From NCBI GenBank assembly GCA_041688145.1, contig JBDNIV010000017.1, positions 35,682-99,681 on the forward strand: 64,000 nt of DNA, given 5' to 3'. Source of the DNA: Chlamydiia bacterium (GTDB taxonomy: Bacteria; Chlamydiota; Chlamydiia; Chlamydiales; JAAKFQ01). Shown piece by piece: positions 62,538 through 64,000 of the stretch (the first letter of the stretch is position 1; each line of letters begins with the position of its first letter). The notes beneath the pieces were generated by a model. It searched no databases, was not told the DNA's origin, and saw nothing but the letters and a program-made list of their open reading frames with translations. The translations under genes and the position numbers were made by a program.

Positions 62538-62964
62538 AAAATCACTTTTTCTAAAAAAAACAGCTCTTTTACAAAAGCTCGACTTTGACCTCCTTTTAGC
62601 CATTAGTGATAAGCTAGAGTACATTACAGCTAAAAAAGGCGACACCCTCTTTCTTACTGGAGACAAAGCCCTTGGGATTTACTTTGTCTTAGAAGGAGAA
62701 GTAGCTTTAAAAGGAGCTATTGAAGCTTCTTTGCCTAAAGATAAAAAATCTCAAAGTGTAAAATCCCTCAAAGCCTACAGCTTTTTTGGAGACGAATCTT
62801 TATTTTCTGACCAAAAAAGGGGTTACTCAGCTGTTGCAAAAAAAGAGACCCGCCTTTTTATGCTCGCAAAGCCCCACCTTTTTGCCCTTCTATCAGAGTG
62901 CCCTGAAGTGGCTATCGAGCTTTTAGCTACCTACGCTTCTGAGGTAGCACTTAGGTCTAATTAA
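62524..62964 (+). CDS. cyclic nucleotide-binding domain protein (CT235-like)
   Basis: GD....IYFVLEG.V and FFGDESLF...RGYSA motifs. Start reassigned to ATG 62524. Confidence 0.88.
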   Translation: MNLIEKSLFLKKTALLQKLDFDLLLAISDKLEYITAKKGDTLFLTGDKALGIYFVLEGEVALKGAIEASLPKDKKSQSVKSLKAYSFFGDESLFSDQKRGYSAVAKKETRLFMLAKPHLFALLSECPEVAIELLATYASEVALRSN

Positions 62965-63057
62965 TTTTTTGAATTGTCTAGCTTAGTTTCAGGTTTTTTA
63001 AGCTAGATTTATACATACCCTTTGTGTAAAATTTATCCTATTCAAAGAGAAGATTAT

Positions 63058-64000
63058 ATGAGTACATTAGGTTTAGCACTGTCTACAGGCCTTCTATTTA
63101 CAGAGGAAATGCAGCTTGTTGAGTCTGGACTAGAAGAATATGCTCCTAATTGGCTAAAAGAAGCTAGAAAGGCTCAAATACTTTTTTTTACTTGTTACAT
63201 TCCAGGCGCCCTTTACCTCGGTCACCTTTTAGACTATCGATTTGGCATCATCCGCTCTGGACTCAGCTTAGGTTGGGCCGGGATCTACTCTGAAGAGATT
63301 ATGCTTACAGCGCTCTGTACTACTAGCTTCGTAGCTGCTTATTTAATCTATGAAGCAGCCTCATCTATCATTATGCCTAAAGTATATGAATATTTAGATG
63401 GTTCCCTAAATCCTGAAAGCCTCATATCCAATGACGTGATGAAAGGCGCCTTAGATGATTATAAAGACCACCCTGTTTCAGTTGATTCTAAAATTGAGGT
63501 CCCCTCTAAGCTCATTTTACATAAAAGATCTTTTTGTATCCTTAGAGCAGCTCTAATTGCCCTGCTCTCACCCAAGCATAGAATTTTTTACTGCGCTTTG
63601 CTTATAGCCCAATTAAGCTACTTTATATTTAAGCTGCGCAACCTACGTGCATCCTCCCACACTAAAATTGAGCTCAGCTTTTTTTGGGAAGGCCTACCTA
63701 AAAAAAACTGGCACCCTACTGTTGAAAAATGTGATATCGAATGGGATTTGACTTTTTCTGTAACAGATCAAAGTAAATATCTCTGTCCTAAAGGCCACCT
63801 AATAGCAGAGGATCGTCAAAACCTTATAAAACTTATTGAGGCTAAACGCCGAGCTTTATTAGACAACTCTCAGGTAGATATAAGTAAAACCAATTGGTAC
63901 GATAAAAGCTCTTATTCACATACAACATATGAATCAAAGTTAACGCTACCGAAAAAAGATCATATGGTGTGTGCCAAATGTGAAGAGCCTGCAGACTCGA
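63058..64000 (+). CDS. hypothetical multi-TM protein with CPKGH...CAKC motif, 3' truncated by the window
   Basis: Not in ORF track. Open frame from ATG 63058 to the window end with several hydrophobic segments. Confidence 0.7.
   Translation, partial: MSTLGLALSTGLLFTEEMQLVESGLEEYAPNWLKEARKAQILFFTCYIPGALYLGHLLDYRFGIIRSGLSLGWAGIYSEEIMLTALCTTSFVAAYLIYEAASSIIMPKVYEYLDGSLNPESLISNDVMKGALDDYKDHPVSVDSKIEVPSKLILHKRSFCILRAALIALLSPKHRIFYCALLIAQLSYFIFKLRNLRASSHTKIELSFFWEGLPKKNWHPTVEKCDIEWDLTFSVTDQSKYLCPKGHLIAEDRQNLIKLIEAKRRALLDNSQVDISKTNWYDKSSYSHTTYESKLTLPKKDHMVCAKCEEPADS

Overview
A gene-dense chromosomal window (roughly 40% GC by eye), most likely from an environmental Chlamydiota member. Evidence is gene order and protein types recalled from chlamydial genomes: yidC-dnaA with lgt nearby, short rodZ beside rnhC, a CT053-like gene before hemW, a DUF3604 protein near ubiE/menG, HEAT lipoprotein-lptD, def-secG-tpiA divergent from xseAB, DUF721-gyrB-gyrA-tmk-holB, and an NTT/HEAT protein with a cNMP-binding partner. 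Orphan genes lie between these core blocks. Many have hydrophobic hairpins and Ser/Thr-rich N-termini (Inc/T3S-effector-like), often as tandem paralogue pairs. I found no rRNA, tRNA, CRISPR array or transposase. Main observations: (1) a second, almost purely synonymously diverged copy of the last 21 codons of holB, bracketing one of two effector-like genes with shared N-termini and different C-termini; (2) a membrane-anchored PP2C phosphatase split at a C7 tract, one of three single-base homopolymer frameshifts (another is in lptD, which points to assembly error); (3) back-to-back lgt/rlmH start codons with no gap; (4) a 12-codon micro-ORF with RBS next to an otherwise unexplained terminator; (5) a missed 59-aa TM + Cys4 protein; (6) helically phased AACTAA repeats; (7) unusually frequent TAG stops. 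Product calls come from motif recognition by eye; no searches were run.
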